Part shown: positions 62,732-64,000 of the stretch, in pieces
Layout: every line of letters starts with the position of its first letter
How positions within the stretch are numbered: the first letter of the stretch is position 1
From: Trichosphaerium sp. ATCC 40318
Taxonomy: Eukaryota; Protista; Tubulinea
Reading direction: 5' to 3'
Assembly (NCBI GenBank): GCA_038496445.1
Contig: JALMLS010000552.1
Span: 62,001-126,000 of the forward strand
Length of the DNA stretch: 64,000 nt
Made by a program: the position numbers and the translations under genes
Notes under the pieces: generated by a model
Told to the model about the DNA's origin: nothing
Database searches by the model: none
Seen by the model: only the letters and a program-made list of their open reading frames with translations

Positions 62732-64000
62732 TTATCGGTATTCATCAGTGAGTAAACTTGATATTATAGGTATATTATACTCGCTTATGTACTTATATCC
62801 ATCTGAGTCATAATGGTAGGAGCAAGGATCCTTCCTGCATATAGTACATGTTTTGTATGGTGGAGTACCACAGTAGCTTGTTACTCTTCCTGTTGAAACA
62901 ACGTCAAATTAAGAAAAAAATAAGATCAAAATAACAACACTGCCCTCGCTTTCACATACCATATAGATCTACTATAGGTACGCCATTACTACCCATAATC
63001 TTCGTAGCTCGTGTATTAAGCTCATTGATGATATTAGCGCCCTTAGAATCTTGTCAGTTTACATTGACAATTACAATACTTCGGCTAGAAAAAAGTACGC
63101 TTGAACCCATTGAGTATGGCGCAGGTGTTGTTGTAGCGTATAGAAGCTTAGCTTTTGTAGCTTTCAGCTTTTTTGTAATATTCGATAGTTGCTGAACAGG
63201 AATGAGAAACATGTAAGGAATACTCGTGTACCTCTGCATACTCATCTATTGTGTTTTGATCAATGTCATGCAGTCCGAAGTTGAACTGAATAAAATCCCA
63301 TTTAGCACTATCACCGCTTGCAGTGCGCAAGAAAGTATCGAGACACTTCAAACCATACTCAGTATTTAAAGCGCCGCCATCACTAACGTCCCAAGGCGTA
63401 TGCTGAACGAAACAAGTTGTGTTCAATCCCTAACAAACAAGTACTTTAAACTCACTTTGTTTAAGTTTAGACTAAATCGGTTGGTTCCTCATATGCGCAC
63501 GTGGTATATAGATCACCTCTACTACCCATGCGACTACAAAAAAGTGGTCAAGAAAGCTGTACCTGTTTAATGAAAGGAGTGTAACCAATTGACACTGAAT
63601 CGCCCAGAATAAGGCAGTTTGGTAAAGAGCTAGATGGTGGGAACTCTGGGCCTGGTTTACAATTTGCAGTGGCCGGAACAGAAGGTTTATTGGCTTCTAT
63701 GCACGTCGTACCGCTATTGGATGTCGAACACGTTGTTCCTTAGCAAAAGTAAGATCAAGAAAAGGTTCAAGAAATACAAAACGAAATACCTGCTGGACAA
63801 CAGTAAGACGCAGCTAGTAGCAGATGTTAGCGATTTGGAACATTATAACTGAATTTCTCTATTGTTCCTAACCTTCTGTTCCGTTGGCGCAACATACTGC
63901 ACCTGTTCCAAGTGGGCAGCAACCGTAGCCACTAGCAGAATAGAAGACTTTTGAAGCTTATTACGAATGAAACTTTTCTGAACTCAAAACGAACCTTCGC
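62732..64000 (-). CDS. Granulin-like Cys domain + SGNH/GDSL hydrolase, multi-exon; 5' end outside the window
   Basis: GCCPLGTGAVCC..YCCPAGTTC; LILGDSVSIGY; FNFGLHD; LLYATTTP; PCSYHY. Confidence 0.8.

Noticed and set aside
1-64000. Giant-virus or prokaryotic origin of the whole window
   Set aside because: Dense spliceosomal introns, an LTR retrotransposon and canonical eukaryotic genes indicate a nuclear genome, and no viral core genes were seen.

Overview
This is AT-rich eukaryotic (protist-like) genomic DNA with many short GT-AG introns of about 25-60 nt, so most genes are split across several ORFs in the track. Housekeeping-type genes include an LRR protein, a GT-A glycosyltransferase, a Spec3/Stum membrane protein, a TPR + 2OG-Fe(II) oxygenase, a DEK-C/SWIB protein, Rac, Arf and a granulin-SGNH hydrolase. 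They surround a fast-evolving cluster at about 16.7-55 kb. The core of the cluster is five Rab32/38-like GTPase paralogues and two RCC1-repeat genes that carry the same C-terminal cassette: an SK..KFG..DI motif, an SW[IM][DE]K motif and a SAM-like domain, with no prenylation cysteines. Interspersed are a HEPN (RNxxxH) ribonuclease-like gene, seven intronless F-box-like genes (LRR, MORN and a Cys-rich family), and small GTPases with altered catalytic motifs. Several cassette genes are disrupted by mobile elements: a Ty3/Gypsy element with identical 154-bp LTRs but an RT deletion, a TAA/TTAA-flanked TIR element, and a Mutator-type MITE fragment. An inverted duplication brackets about 39-49 kb. 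All protein family calls come from motif recognition by eye, not database searches. Several single-base frameshifts fall in homopolymers and may be assembly errors.
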